A program made the translations under genes and the position numbers. Below are positions 1-9,530 of a stretch of DNA of 60,804 nucleotides, piece after piece (position 1 is the first letter of the stretch; every line of letters starts with the position of its first letter). The notes beneath the pieces were generated by a model. The model was not told the origin of the DNA. It worked only from the letters and a program-made list of their open reading frames with translations, and searched no databases. Source of the DNA: Candidatus Bathyarchaeota archaeon (GTDB taxonomy: Archaea; Thermoproteota; Bathyarchaeia; Bathyarchaeales; DTEX01); NCBI GenBank assembly GCA_003601835.1, contig PIYB01000002.1, forward strand, positions 1-60,804, in the 5' to 3' direction.

Positions 1-766
1 CGCTGCTTCCCACGTGCAAATCTGATAAAAGAGCAGCATAAACGGGAGTAGGGGATAGATTCGGTTTTCTCATAGGTATGTCCGGAAGAAGTATGTCTTT
101 AGCGATGAAGAAGTTTCTTTCCCCTTTAACGATGGAGAAACAGACCACTTGGTCTAAAACAAGCCTTTGCCCTTTTCGGAACACCTCGTGGTTGTTGGAG
201 GGCACAAAAATGGTTGCATTTGCTTCTAAATCCTCAACTTGAATGAAGATGCCTCTAGATGACTCACGTTTCTCAGTCACCATACAGATGATTTTTACCT
301 CTGACTTAACAGGCGCCTTAAAAGCCTCAACTATTGTCACAGCGTTTCTAACATCAACCCTTCTGTTCAAAATTCTGCTCAGCTTTTTGAAACGATCCTT
401 GAAGTATTCAATATACTCGTTAAGTGACCCTGTGCCGCTCAGCTTCTCAGCAGGATCCTCGAGCACAGTTAAATCTGCCTCAACCTCTTTTGCGAAAGGC
501 TGAAAACCGGTTTTTCCGGTTACCATGCTTTTCTGGGCAGCCTCAGATGACCATAGCTCGCTTGCTTTTTTCTCTAGAAGCTCACGGTTAATCAACAAAG
601 GCTTGTTCGGTAGCTTGCTTACTTCTTCTATTATGCTTTTGACCAAACGGTTTATGTCCAGCCTTTTTGAGGCATCCTCCAGAAACTCGAAAGCCTCTCT
701 GTCTAACTGGTATCCTGCGTTGATGATCATAGAGACTGCGCTGCGTAGTTCCAGATCCTGTTCCAT
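1..766 (-). CDS. DNA polymerase D (PolD) small subunit DP1, N-terminal ~255 codons; the rest runs off the window start
   Basis: Absent from the ORF track because it is open at the edge. Hand translation of the minus strand from ATG at 766 gives MEQDLELRSAVSMIINAGYQLDREAFEFLEDASKRL...EYIEYFKDRFKKLSRILNRR...IICMVTEKRESSRGIFIQVEDLEANATIFVP...PVYAALLSDLHVGS, with no stop down to position 1. The OB-fold-like middle and the SDxHVGS start of the phosphoesterase domain are typical of archaeal DP1. The + ORFs 243..503 and 525..794 are its low-complexity mirror. Confidence 0.75.
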   Translation of the reverse strand, partial: MEQDLELRSAVSMIINAGYQLDREAFEFLEDASKRLDINRLVKSIIEEVSKLPNKPLLINRELLEKKASELWSSEAAQKSMVTGKTGFQPFAKEVEADLTVLEDPAEKLSGTGSLNEYIEYFKDRFKKLSRILNRRVDVRNAVTIVEAFKAPVKSEVKIICMVTEKRESSRGIFIQVEDLEANATIFVPSNNHEVFRKGQRLVLDQVVCFSIVKGERNFFIAKDILLPDIPMRKPNLSPTPVYAALLSDLHVGSS

Positions 767-956
767 GATTTCTCCTCTGAATAAGCGGCAATAGATTAGT
801 TTGTGCCCGTCGGATTTAACCGTTGTTTCATTCTGTTCTGTTTAACGCAAAGAGAATGCAAACAAGAAACCTACAAGGGTTCCAGATACATATGTATTTA
901 TATTTTCTAGGAATTGTTTATCCTGTATATAATCTAACGTTATTGGTGACGGATAA

Positions 957-1937
957 GTGGAACTTCGTAAAATACAAAGAACAAGAGGCGGAACATTTTT
1001 CGTCACTTTGCCAAAAGAATGGGCGGTAAGAAGCGGATTGAACCGGGGATCAGTGGTTTCCACCTCTATAACCCCTAACGGGCGTCTTGTTATCGACCCG
1101 AAATACGATCTTGAACGAACCCTGCGAACCGCAGTTGTGAAGCCAAGCCCGCATCTCAGCCGTGAAATAATTGGAAAATATCTTTTAGGATATGACGTTA
1201 TCCGGGTTGAAGCTAAGGACAGAATAACCATAGATCAAAGGGAAATAATTAGAGAGACATCCAGCCGGTTAGTTGGACTGGAGATCATAGAAGAAGACTA
1301 CGGCAAAGTGGTTATACAGTGCCTTCTGGAACCGTCCGCCTTGCCTCCGGATAAGATTCTTCGCCGTGAACATCTGATAACCTCCGGCATGTACCGTGAT
1401 GTTGTAGCTGCACTTGTTAAAGGCGATGTACAACTTGCGAAAAGCGTAACAATCAGGGACAACGAGGTTGACCGGTTGTATTTTCTGCTTGTAAGAATAC
1501 TTAGAACGGTCATCCAAAACCCGGCTCTAAGCGAAAAGTTAGAGGTGTTCCCCATAGACTGTTTAGATTACCGTTTAACGGCGAGCTTAGTCGAGTCCGT
1601 AGGAGACCTTTCATCGCAAATCGCTGAATACGTCATACGTCTCAACGGTAAAAAGCTGCCTGAGAACGTTTTGAACCCTCTTTCCAACCTTCAGAAAACA
1701 GTGTACGAATCGTATCAGGATGCTGTAGCCGCTTTTCTTTCGAAAAGCATCTCGATCGCAGAGTCTGTTAGAAAAAGAAGAGATGAAGTTGGAGAGAAGC
1801 ATCGTCAGGTTGAATCTGCCTGTAACGCCTTGCCCATTGACATCGCTCAGAGCCTAATTGCCATAACTTCTCTTATCAGCAGCATATACGATCACAGTGT
1901 GGACATATCAGACCTCACTACGCCGAGGATGCATTGA
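957..1937 (+). CDS. AbrB/SpoVT-domain plus PhoU-domain protein (phosphate uptake regulator-like)
   Basis: N-terminus MELRKIQRTRGGTFFVTLPKEWAVRSGL is an AbrB/SpoVT swapped-hairpin motif. It is followed by about 250 aa of helical PhoU-like repeats. GTG start. Confidence 0.75.
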   Translation: MELRKIQRTRGGTFFVTLPKEWAVRSGLNRGSVVSTSITPNGRLVIDPKYDLERTLRTAVVKPSPHLSREIIGKYLLGYDVIRVEAKDRITIDQREIIRETSSRLVGLEIIEEDYGKVVIQCLLEPSALPPDKILRREHLITSGMYRDVVAALVKGDVQLAKSVTIRDNEVDRLYFLLVRILRTVIQNPALSEKLEVFPIDCLDYRLTASLVESVGDLSSQIAEYVIRLNGKKLPENVLNPLSNLQKTVYESYQDAVAAFLSKSISIAESVRKRRDEVGEKHRQVESACNALPIDIAQSLIAITSLISSIYDHSVDISDLTTPRMH

Positions 1938-2249
1938 AAGCGCGGCTTAGCTTAACATCTTTATCTGTCCTTGTCCTAGAACGTCAACGCTTGCTTTGTT
2001 TTTCTTCAGTCCACCCGTTTTTTCTCCTTGTGAAGCATCTTCTTTGCCGAGTCTGTTCCCTATGTGGATGAGCGCTTCGTTCAGGGATGTTGGCAACAGT
2101 TCTTTAGTCACCATAACGTCGATTCGTCGTTAGGGAAGAGCTCTCGATGTTATACTTGGCACAGCAACAATATGGTTCGGTTCTTTCGGTTTCAGTTTAT
2201 ATCAACTGGTCGTTCTTTAGAGTTCCAAGCGAACCGTGGATTGCACGTT

Positions 2250-2561
2250 TTAGAAGATCTCTTTTTCACCAATCTTTCTGTACGTTTTTCCTCTTACCCT
2301 AATGGGTCGTATGAAGTCTTCTTCAATCGTTTTTTCAGTGGTTTTTCGTTTAACGGTTTCTCCGCATAAGCCATTAGGAAGCAAACGTCTTGTTACGCAC
2401 ATAGCGTAGCTACAGTTTGCTGGATTGCACGGTTCATCAGTCCATCTGCACCAAGCGGTTTTTCCTCGGAACTGAAGAGAGTTTCTGCCACATCGGAATT
2501 TACGACATTCCGGAGAACATTTTTTTGGTTCAGACAACATCAACACAACCTTGCTGAACAA
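2250..2561 (-). CDS. small cysteine-rich protein, putative metal-binding, family not recognised (ATG at 2540 is the more likely start)
   Basis: The ORF has 10 Cys in about 60 aa (KCSPECRKFRCG...AWCRWTDEPCNPANCSYAMC...GLCG) and a basic C-terminal tail. The track start is TTG; an in-frame ATG lies 7 codons downstream. Confidence 0.5.
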   Translation of the reverse strand: MFSKVVLMLSEPKKCSPECRKFRCGRNSLQFRGKTAWCRWTDEPCNPANCSYAMCVTRRLLPNGLCGETVKRKTTEKTIEEDFIRPIRVRGKTYRKIGEKEIF

Positions 2562-2815
2562 AACAATTTTTCAGGTTGCATAGTCTAACTATTTACGTTC
2601 TGGATAGTCTCGAAGGCAGTTATAAACCTTTCTTGTCGTTCTCACCTAAATCCTTTATGAACCTTTCAACCATACGACGGTCCTAGCGAAGCATGAAGTT
2701 GGAAATTCACAACGTTTTAAGCCTTCAATATATAATTTTACTAGTGAAACTGTACGCATAAAGCTGATGACCAAAAAAAGGTCAGTTTTCGAAGGGTGAG
2801 AGGAGGAAACCTTGT

Positions 2816-3403
2816 TTGAACCATAATGTAACGATTACCAGTCAAGACGCCTTGATAATCGTGGACGTTCAGAAAGATTTCTGTCCCGGAGGCGCCCTAC
2901 CTGTCTCTGAAGGCGACAAAGTGGTCCCTGTTCTGAACAAGTACATAAAAAAATTTGCTGATGCAGGAGCGGTCATAGTAGCAACAAGGGACTGGCATCC
3001 CCCGAATCACCGGTCTTTCAAGAAACATGGCGGAATCTGGCCGACGCATTGTGTACAGGGAACTGACGGAGCAAAATTTCATCCCGATCTCAAACTTCCT
3101 GAAGGAACAATGGTAGTGTCAAAAGCCGTGGCTCCTGATAAAGAGGCTTATTCCGGCTTCAACGGAACCGGGTTAGCGGAAAAGTTGAAAAAGATAGGCG
3201 TAAAACGGGTGTTCGTAGGCGGGTTAGCCACAGATTACTGCGTCAAAAGCACGGTGATGGATGCCGTAAAATCTGGTTTCGAAACGTTTCTTTTGGAAGA
3301 TGCAGTACGAGGGGTAGACGTCAACCCTGGCGACAGCGAAAAAGCTGTACAGGAAATGCTTGCTAAAGGGGCGAAAAAACTTACGGTATCCCACCTAAAA
3401 TGA
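2816..3403 (+). CDS. pncA: nicotinamidase/pyrazinamidase (isochorismatase family)
   Basis: DALIIVDVQKDFCPGGALPV, ATRDWHPPNH and GLATDYCV are the catalytic Asp, metal-binding and Cys motifs of PncA. TTG start. Confidence 0.85.
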   Translation: MNHNVTITSQDALIIVDVQKDFCPGGALPVSEGDKVVPVLNKYIKKFADAGAVIVATRDWHPPNHRSFKKHGGIWPTHCVQGTDGAKFHPDLKLPEGTMVVSKAVAPDKEAYSGFNGTGLAEKLKKIGVKRVFVGGLATDYCVKSTVMDAVKSGFETFLLEDAVRGVDVNPGDSEKAVQEMLAKGAKKLTVSHLK

Positions 3404-3429
3404 TGCTTGTTTCTCTGTTGTGAAGAAAT

Positions 3430-4461
3430 TTGGGAGTCAATTTAGCGCCCATAATGGTCAAACACATCGTTCGTTTAGATGATTTTGTCGGCAGAAAAAT
3501 TGCGGTTGATGCAAACAATCTTCTCTACCAGTTTCTATCCCTGATTCGTACGCGTAGCACATCACCCTTAACTAGCCCCGATGGCGCCGTTACTTCTCAC
3601 CTAACCGGACTGCTGTACCGTACAGCTCGGCTGATATCTGAATACCACATAAGCCTAGTGTTTGTTTTCGACGGGAAACCGCCAAGACACAAAGCAAAAG
3701 AGATTCAAAAAAGACGGCAGCTTCGGGAAAAAGCGACAAAAGAATGGAAAGAAGCGTTAGCGGCTGGCGACTACGCAAAGGCTTTTTCGAAAGCGGTTGT
3801 GATGAACCGTTTAACGGAACCAATGATTCAGGACGCAAAAACACTTCTTGGTCTTCTTGGAATCCCGTATGTTCAAGCGCCAAGCGAAGCGGAAGCGCAA
3901 GCTGCATACATGGCGATGAGAGGCGATGTATGGGCTTCAAGCAGCCGAGATTACGACTCCATACTTTTTGGGGCTCCTAGGCTTGTAAGGTACCTAACAA
4001 TCTCAGGCAGAGAGTATCTCCCGAGCAAGGGAGTTTCAAGACCTCTAAAGCCTGAGCTGGTAATACTTAAAGAATTCTTATCCACCTTGGGGATTAGCCG
4101 AGAGCAGCTGGTTGACCTAGCGATACTAATCGGAACCGATTATAACGAAGGCGTGAAAGGCATCGGACCGAAAACAGCTTTGAAGCTAATCCTGAAGCAC
4201 GGGCGGATTGAAGATCTTCCTGAAAACATCCAAAAGAAGATCACCGGCGATTATGACGAAATTCGAAGCCTGTTTTTGAAACCTAAGGTTACCTCTGTTT
4301 ACAAGACAACGCCGGGTCCTTTGATGGAGAATGAGATTTATTCGTTCTTATGTGACGAGAAGGGGTTCTCAAGAGCACGAGTGGAAAAGGTAATTCAAAG
4401 AATAAAGAAGTCGGCTGAAAAGCCGCAACAGCTCAATCTAGGTAGGTGGGTTAAGCGGTAA
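3430..4461 (+). CDS. fen: flap endonuclease 1
   Basis: MGVNLAPI...GRKIAVDANNLLYQFL, FVFDGKPP, APSEAEAQAAYM and GTDYNEGVKGIGPKTALKL are XPG-N/XPG-I/H3TH motifs. Length is 343 aa. Confidence 0.95.
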   Translation: MGVNLAPIMVKHIVRLDDFVGRKIAVDANNLLYQFLSLIRTRSTSPLTSPDGAVTSHLTGLLYRTARLISEYHISLVFVFDGKPPRHKAKEIQKRRQLREKATKEWKEALAAGDYAKAFSKAVVMNRLTEPMIQDAKTLLGLLGIPYVQAPSEAEAQAAYMAMRGDVWASSSRDYDSILFGAPRLVRYLTISGREYLPSKGVSRPLKPELVILKEFLSTLGISREQLVDLAILIGTDYNEGVKGIGPKTALKLILKHGRIEDLPENIQKKITGDYDEIRSLFLKPKVTSVYKTTPGPLMENEIYSFLCDEKGFSRARVEKVIQRIKKSAEKPQQLNLGRWVKR

Positions 4462-4523
4462 CCTATGTTTTCCAGAGGCAAAGAACCAAAAGCTAAAAAG
4501 GTGACGTCTTATGACTGTGTTGC

Positions 4524-4814
4524 TCACAAGACGGTTAATTTGCCATATCTGCCTACGTTAAGTTGGATTTCGCCTCGGAACGATTTGATGTATCCATTCT
4601 CGATTTTCACTGTATCGTTGACGTTCACTTTGTCAATCTGTTCATTCCATAGTACGAGCTTGATTGTTCCAGTATCGTCTTCTATCGTGGCTTCTGCTAC
4701 TCTGAATGTTTCCCCTGTATACCTAGATCGTACTTCTCGTGGGTCACTGATGTCTAGAACTTTTCCTTCTACGTCCACTCTTCTTAAACCGTCTCTTAAT
4801 TCAGATATCTTCAT
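4524..4814 (-). CDS. single OB-fold nucleic-acid-binding protein (short RPA/SSB-like)
   Basis: 96 aa. The pattern VDVEGKVLDISDPREV...GETFRVAEATIEDDTGTIKLVLWNEQ...VKIENGYIKSFRGEIQLNVG is typical of archaeal one-OB ssDNA-binding proteins. Confidence 0.7.
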   Translation of the reverse strand: MKISELRDGLRRVDVEGKVLDISDPREVRSRYTGETFRVAEATIEDDTGTIKLVLWNEQIDKVNVNDTVKIENGYIKSFRGEIQLNVGRYGKLTVL

Positions 4815-5096
4815 TTTCTTTCCTCCTATCTAATTTTTCCGTGATAACAAGATTTGCTGCCGGGTCTACAGGTTAATGAAGGCCAACGCCGCTGTTTAAA
4901 CAGCTCTGAAAACGGAAGCAAGATATGCATCGTTACGCGGTGCCTCTTGCCTCTTTTTCCATCCGGCGTATGTGTCTTGTTCACGGGAATCGATGTCACT
5001 GAGTTACCAGTTAGGCCTTCGGTTATTCGCATATTTTCCTCTTCATAGTAACGTCAGTAATGGATGGAAAGTTTTATGTTCAATATATAGCTTGTT

Positions 5097-5963
5097 GTGT
5101 TCGACGAGCTTCGCATTGAAAGAGTAAACCGTAATATACCAAGGATAGGAGATAAGAAAGTTCTTGTTGGCATAAAAGGGATGGAAGCTGGAGAAATGTT
5201 GAAGCTTGGACTTGTAACCTATAACCTTGCAAAAGACTGGGATATTCCGACAATAATCGAAAGGTGCACAAAAACAGGTTTTGAGGCTGTTGAGCTACGC
5301 ACAACGCATGCTCATGGGGTGGAACCTTCCTTAAACGAAAGGCAACGGAAAGAAGTGAGAAAAATGTTCGAGGGTTCCGCTGTTCGTCTGCTAAGTTTGG
5401 GAACAGCATGTGAATATCATTCTGTTGAAAAAGACGAGGTGCTTCGAAATATCGAGCTAACGAAGAAGTTTGTGAAGCTAGCGTATGATGTTGGCGCCCT
5501 CGGCGTGAAGGTTAGACCTAACGGTCTTCAGGTTGAAAAAGGGGTTTCGGTTGAGGAAACCTTGAGACAAATAGGGTCCGCTCTGCGGGAATGCGGCACA
5601 TTTGCTGAAGATTATGGTGTAGAAATTTGGCTGGAAGTGCATGGTAAGGGAACAAGCGATTTGAGATATATCAAGCGGATCATGGACATTGTAAATCACA
5701 AAAATGTAGGTGTCTGTTGGAACTCGAACAACACAGATGTGATAGGCGGCTCGGTGAAGGACACGTTCAATCTTGTTAAGGGAAAAATTTGTTCCGTGCA
5801 CATCCGTGAGCTTTGGGACAAAACATATCCTTGGCGAGAGCTTTTCACCCTGCTTAAAGAGTCCCAGTATGACCGATATTGCCTAGCGGAGATTCCGTCA
5901 AGCCTTGAACCTGAAAGGTTGATGCGTTACTACCGTGCATTTTTTGAGGAGTTAACCCAATAA
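5097..5963 (+). CDS. sugar phosphate isomerase/epimerase (xylose isomerase-like TIM barrel)
   Basis: Has FEAVELR, GVKVRPNG and IWLEVHG motifs. 288 aa. Confidence 0.7.
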   Translation: MFDELRIERVNRNIPRIGDKKVLVGIKGMEAGEMLKLGLVTYNLAKDWDIPTIIERCTKTGFEAVELRTTHAHGVEPSLNERQRKEVRKMFEGSAVRLLSLGTACEYHSVEKDEVLRNIELTKKFVKLAYDVGALGVKVRPNGLQVEKGVSVEETLRQIGSALRECGTFAEDYGVEIWLEVHGKGTSDLRYIKRIMDIVNHKNVGVCWNSNNTDVIGGSVKDTFNLVKGKICSVHIRELWDKTYPWRELFTLLKESQYDRYCLAEIPSSLEPERLMRYYRAFFEELTQ

Positions 5964-5985
5964 TCATAGTCAAGATAAGCCCACA

Positions 5986-7431
5986 TTGTTTGTGAAGCAA
6001 CGAAAGGTGAAATGTATGGAGCGAGTTGGCATACTTGTAGTCTCTTATGGTTCAAGAGCAGCCGCGATGGTGGATGCTTTCCGTAGAAGCCAGGAATACG
6101 AAGCTGAACTTTACATAGTAGACAAGCAGAGAAACCCGTTCAACGTTAAACATGCAGAAAAGCATGTTGTTGTTCCGTCGCTCAGCACAGAAGAAATCGT
6201 CAAGTTCGCCCGGAAACATAGAGACAAAATCGTTTTCGGCATAGTAGGACCTGAAAAACCCATAATTGCCGGCGTAAGAGATGTTGTGGAAAAGGAAACA
6301 GGTATTCCGCTTATCTGTCCTACAAAGCAGTACGCAATTGAAGGAAGCAAGGTTGCCCAGAGAAGGCTTTTTCAAGAGATTGCGCCGGAGGTTAACCCCC
6401 GGTTTAAGGTTTTTGACCCTAAAGACTACAGCAATCTAGACCAAGTGAAGAAGCCGCTTTACGAATGGCTTGACGAGATAAACAATGAGGTTGCTGTGAA
6501 ACCTGATGCGCCCGCCGCTGGCAAGGGAGTTGGAGTTTGGGGAGACCATTTTAACACACGTGAACAGCTGTACGAGCACTTTATGGCTAACTTTAAGGAG
6601 GGACCTGTGATCGTGGAGGAGAAACTGGAGGGTGAAGAATCAAGTTTTCAAGCCTTCTGTGATGGAAACCATCTTGTTCCATTACCTGAAACCCGCGATC
6701 ATAAACGTGCTTTCGACGGGGATGCTGGTCCTAACACTGGAGGAATGGGTTCCTACAAGGACAAAGGAAACTATCTGCCTTTCATGACACAGGAAGACTG
6801 GGAGAAGGAAGTTGATATTGTCCAAAGAATATTCAATAAAATGAGGAATGGAGGAAGCAACCCTGGACTGCGCGGAATACCGTTCTACGTAGCTTTCATC
6901 CATACCAGCAAAGGACCGATGATTTTAGAAAACAACAGCCGACCCGGCGACCCGGAAATTATAAACATTCTTCCGATCATGAAAGATGACTTCATTGAAG
7001 TATGCTTCAAAATAATCGAAGGTTCCCTAACACGGGTCAACATAGAGAACAAAGCAACGGTTGTCACCTACAAGGTTCCTCCCAGCTACGGCGGATTTGC
7101 AGAGGTGTTCCCTGACCGCGTTAACAAAAATGAGATTGGAACCCCAATACTTTTGGACGAAGCAGAGATGCTGATGTCAAAACACAGCGAAAAACTCCGG
7201 ATCTACCCTGGATCCATGGAGCTCAGAGAGGACGGAAAAGCGTATGCTCTTGGGTCACGGACGGTCTGCGCTGTCGGCATCGGAGACGACCTTCAAGGTG
7301 CACGTGAAGTTTCTCTTCAAGGCTTGGCGGCGATAAAGGGAGGCGCCCTTTGGAACCGTACTGACATAGCTTCAATGGAGCATGTTGGAAAAAGCATAAG
7401 CCACATGGAACAGCTGAGGAGGCTTCGGTGA
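5986..7431 (+). CDS. PurD-like ATP-grasp enzyme (glycinamide ribonucleotide synthetase family) with a divergent N-terminus; likely start ATG 6016
   Basis: PETRDHKRAFDGDAGPNTGGMGSY and NSRPGDPE are GARS signatures. The N-terminal loop reads VVSYGSRAAAM instead of the canonical GGGGREHA. The stop overlaps the next gene's GTG (GTGA). Confidence 0.8.
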   Translation: MFVKQRKVKCMERVGILVVSYGSRAAAMVDAFRRSQEYEAELYIVDKQRNPFNVKHAEKHVVVPSLSTEEIVKFARKHRDKIVFGIVGPEKPIIAGVRDVVEKETGIPLICPTKQYAIEGSKVAQRRLFQEIAPEVNPRFKVFDPKDYSNLDQVKKPLYEWLDEINNEVAVKPDAPAAGKGVGVWGDHFNTREQLYEHFMANFKEGPVIVEEKLEGEESSFQAFCDGNHLVPLPETRDHKRAFDGDAGPNTGGMGSYKDKGNYLPFMTQEDWEKEVDIVQRIFNKMRNGGSNPGLRGIPFYVAFIHTSKGPMILENNSRPGDPEIINILPIMKDDFIEVCFKIIEGSLTRVNIENKATVVTYKVPPSYGGFAEVFPDRVNKNEIGTPILLDEAEMLMSKHSEKLRIYPGSMELREDGKAYALGSRTVCAVGIGDDLQGAREVSLQGLAAIKGGALWNRTDIASMEHVGKSISHMEQLRRLR

Positions 7432-8516
7432 AACAGAACTTGAAGGTTTTCGTGACAGACTGCGAAGGACCAATATCAAAGAACGATAACGCCTTTGAGT
7501 TAACAAGCCGTTTTGTGCCGAACGGAGACCGTTTTTTCACCCTGATAAGCCGTTACGACGATGTTCTGTCCGACATCGTCAAGAAACCGGGGTACAAAGC
7601 AGGGGATACTCTTAGACTGATACTGCCTTTCCTGAAAGCCTACGGCGCAACGAACGGTGCGATGAAAGAATATTCGTCACAAAACATACTGCTGGTTCCC
7701 GGCGCCGAGGAAACGCTTAACTTCGTTAGACGCATCATGCCGTCCTTCATCGTTAGCACCAGCTACGAACACTATATTCATGCGTTATGCGACACTGTAG
7801 GTTTTCCGAAAGAGAACGTCTACTGTACAAGGTTGAACATGGATAAATATGAACTTGACAAAGAAGAAATTGAAAAACTGAAAAGTCTCTGTGAAGAAAT
7901 CTTGTCGATGCCCATCATAGAGATACCTGACTCCGCAAACTCCCTGAGCGATCTTCCCCTTGAATCCCGAAACACCGTCAACAGGCTTAACGAAATATTC
8001 TGGAAGGAAATCCCTCTGATGAAAGCTGACAAAATGTTGAAGGACGTGAATCCCGTAGGCGGCTACGAAAAAGCTAACGCAATACGAGACATAGCAGAGA
8101 AAACCGGCGTCGACATTTCAAACATAATATACGTAGGCGACAGCATCACAGATGTTGAACCCTTCCAGCTGGTAAGAAAAAAAGGCGGAGTCACAGTTTC
8201 CTTCAACGGAAACCGGTACGCAGTAAGAGAAGCAGAAATCGCCGTCATGTCCCCTCACACAATCGTCACCTCCATATTAGCCGAAGTGTTCTGCAAGCTC
8301 GGCAAAGACAGTCTGATGCGCCTAGCTGAAAACTGGTCTCTATCGAACGTGAGAAACGTTTGTTCCCTCCAGCTTTTCAAGAAGCTAGAAACCCTCTACC
8401 TGCAGAACAAGCCTCGAGTTGAACGGGTAACCCCTCATAACATGGAACGGCTGACGCGGGAAAGCAGCGCCTTCAGGAAGACGGTTAGGGGTGAAGCCGT
8501 CGGAAGGCTAGGGTAA
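7428..8516 (+). CDS. HAD-superfamily-like protein; from memory it resembles the family annotated EhaR in methanogen eha operons
   Basis: Motif I-like FVTDCEGPI. C-terminal VGDSITDVEPF...GGVTVSFNGNRYA resembles HAD motifs III/IV. 362 aa. Confidence 0.55.
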   Translation: MKQNLKVFVTDCEGPISKNDNAFELTSRFVPNGDRFFTLISRYDDVLSDIVKKPGYKAGDTLRLILPFLKAYGATNGAMKEYSSQNILLVPGAEETLNFVRRIMPSFIVSTSYEHYIHALCDTVGFPKENVYCTRLNMDKYELDKEEIEKLKSLCEEILSMPIIEIPDSANSLSDLPLESRNTVNRLNEIFWKEIPLMKADKMLKDVNPVGGYEKANAIRDIAEKTGVDISNIIYVGDSITDVEPFQLVRKKGGVTVSFNGNRYAVREAEIAVMSPHTIVTSILAEVFCKLGKDSLMRLAENWSLSNVRNVCSLQLFKKLETLYLQNKPRVERVTPHNMERLTRESSAFRKTVRGEAVGRLG

Positions 8517-8609
8517 AAGCCTCGGATGCAAGAACAAAAAGAGACTTCTTGAACGTTGACGTTACGCATTTATCTGCTTTATCCGTAAATAATAGACAGG
8601 TTTGTCCGG

Positions 8610-9530
8610 GTGGTTCTGTTGAAGGTGGAGATTGCTGATACTTATGCTGAGGCTTTTGACGGTCTTTACTTTAGAATTCTAGTCACAGCGGATGACCAGG
8701 AGACTCTTAGACAAGCCGCTGAAGACGCTACGGCTACTCCTTCAATTGTTATAGGAAGGGTTGAGGGAGGCGTCGAGAAATACGTGAACGAAACAGAAAC
8801 GCCAGACGGGCGTCCAGGAGTCATCCTTCAATTCTGGTTCAGCCTAGATGAGAAAAAATCTTTGAATGAAGTTGTTGAAAAATTCTACAAAGAATTCTCA
8901 TACCGGGTGCGACAGGATATTCTGGTGAAACCTTTCACCTCGGTTTTTGACGCCTGCCCCAGCCCAGTTGGCAAGATAGACACGATGGAACGAATAGGTC
9001 ATTGCGGAGACGGTTATGAATGGGTTGAGAAAAGACATGGACGTGAGATGATTGTTGTGCCGATAATGGTGCCGGACTTCCAAATTGAACATTACATGGG
9101 TTACGGGCAAGGTGTTACGGGTGGAAACTTTTGGTACATGTGTGCAACTAAGAAGGCTGTAATGGAAGCTGGGAAACGTGCCCTTCAAGCCGTAAGCCAG
9201 GTACCCGGCGTTATCGCGCCTTTCGGCATCTGTTCAGCCGGCTCCAAGGCTGAGACCCGTTTTCCTCATATTGGACCGACTACTAATCATCCGTATTGTC
9301 CGTCGTTGAAAGCTAGACTAGGTGAAGAATCGAAGGTTCCGGAAGGAGTTAACTATATCCCGGAGATTGTGATCAACGGCTTAACCTTAAACGCGGTCAA
9401 GGAAGCAATGAAGGCTGGAATCCAAGCGGTCTCCACAGTTGAAGGGGTTGTAAAAGTTTCCGCGGGCAATTACGGTGGAAAACTTGGTAAATACAAGATT
9501 TTCTTGAGGGAATTGTTCCGTGAAGCTTGA
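8610..9530 (+). CDS. ftr: formylmethanofuran:tetrahydromethanopterin N-formyltransferase family protein (Ftr or Ftr paralogue)
   Basis: [52 protein letters not shown] and [20 protein letters not shown] line up with the Ftr sequence as I remember it. 306 aa. Confidence 0.85.
   Translation: MVLLKVEIADTYAEAFDGLYFRILVTADDQETLRQAAEDATATPSIVIGRVEGGVEKYVNETETPDGRPGVILQFWFSLDEKKSLNEVVEKFYKEFSYRVRQDILVKPFTSVFDACPSPVGKIDTMERIGHCGDGYEWVEKRHGREMIVVPIMVPDFQIEHYMGYGQGVTGGNFWYMCATKKAVMEAGKRALQAVSQVPGVIAPFGICSAGSKAETRFPHIGPTTNHPYCPSLKARLGEESKVPEGVNYIPEIVINGLTLNAVKEAMKAGIQAVSTVEGVVKVSAGNYGGKLGKYKIFLRELFREA

Noticed and set aside
243-794. Plus-strand ORFs 243..503 and 525..794, and the minus-strand ORF 588..791.
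   Set aside because: They are Ser/Leu-rich low-complexity translations. The minus strand in another frame encodes a continuous DP1-like protein across the whole interval.
1947-2114. Unlisted small ORFs: 1947..2114 minus (55 aa, MVTKELLPTSLNEALIHIGN...), 43974..44135 plus (53 aa, GTG start, one hydrophobic helix) and 37477..37599 plus (40 aa).
   Set aside because: They are short, have no recognisable family, and have weak or non-ATG starts. They cannot be told apart from chance ORFs without conservation or expression data. The 37477 ORF is mentioned only as a possible gene stub.
4826-5048. ORFs 4826..5032 (minus) and 4854..5048 (plus), and a possible ncRNA in the 280-nt gap between the OB-fold and TIM-barrel genes. 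The gap includes the 14-nt palindrome GCTGTTTAAACAGC at about 4893..4906.
   Set aside because: The ORFs lack any motif. The gap is a divergent promoter region. The palindrome alone is not enough to call an RNA or an operator.
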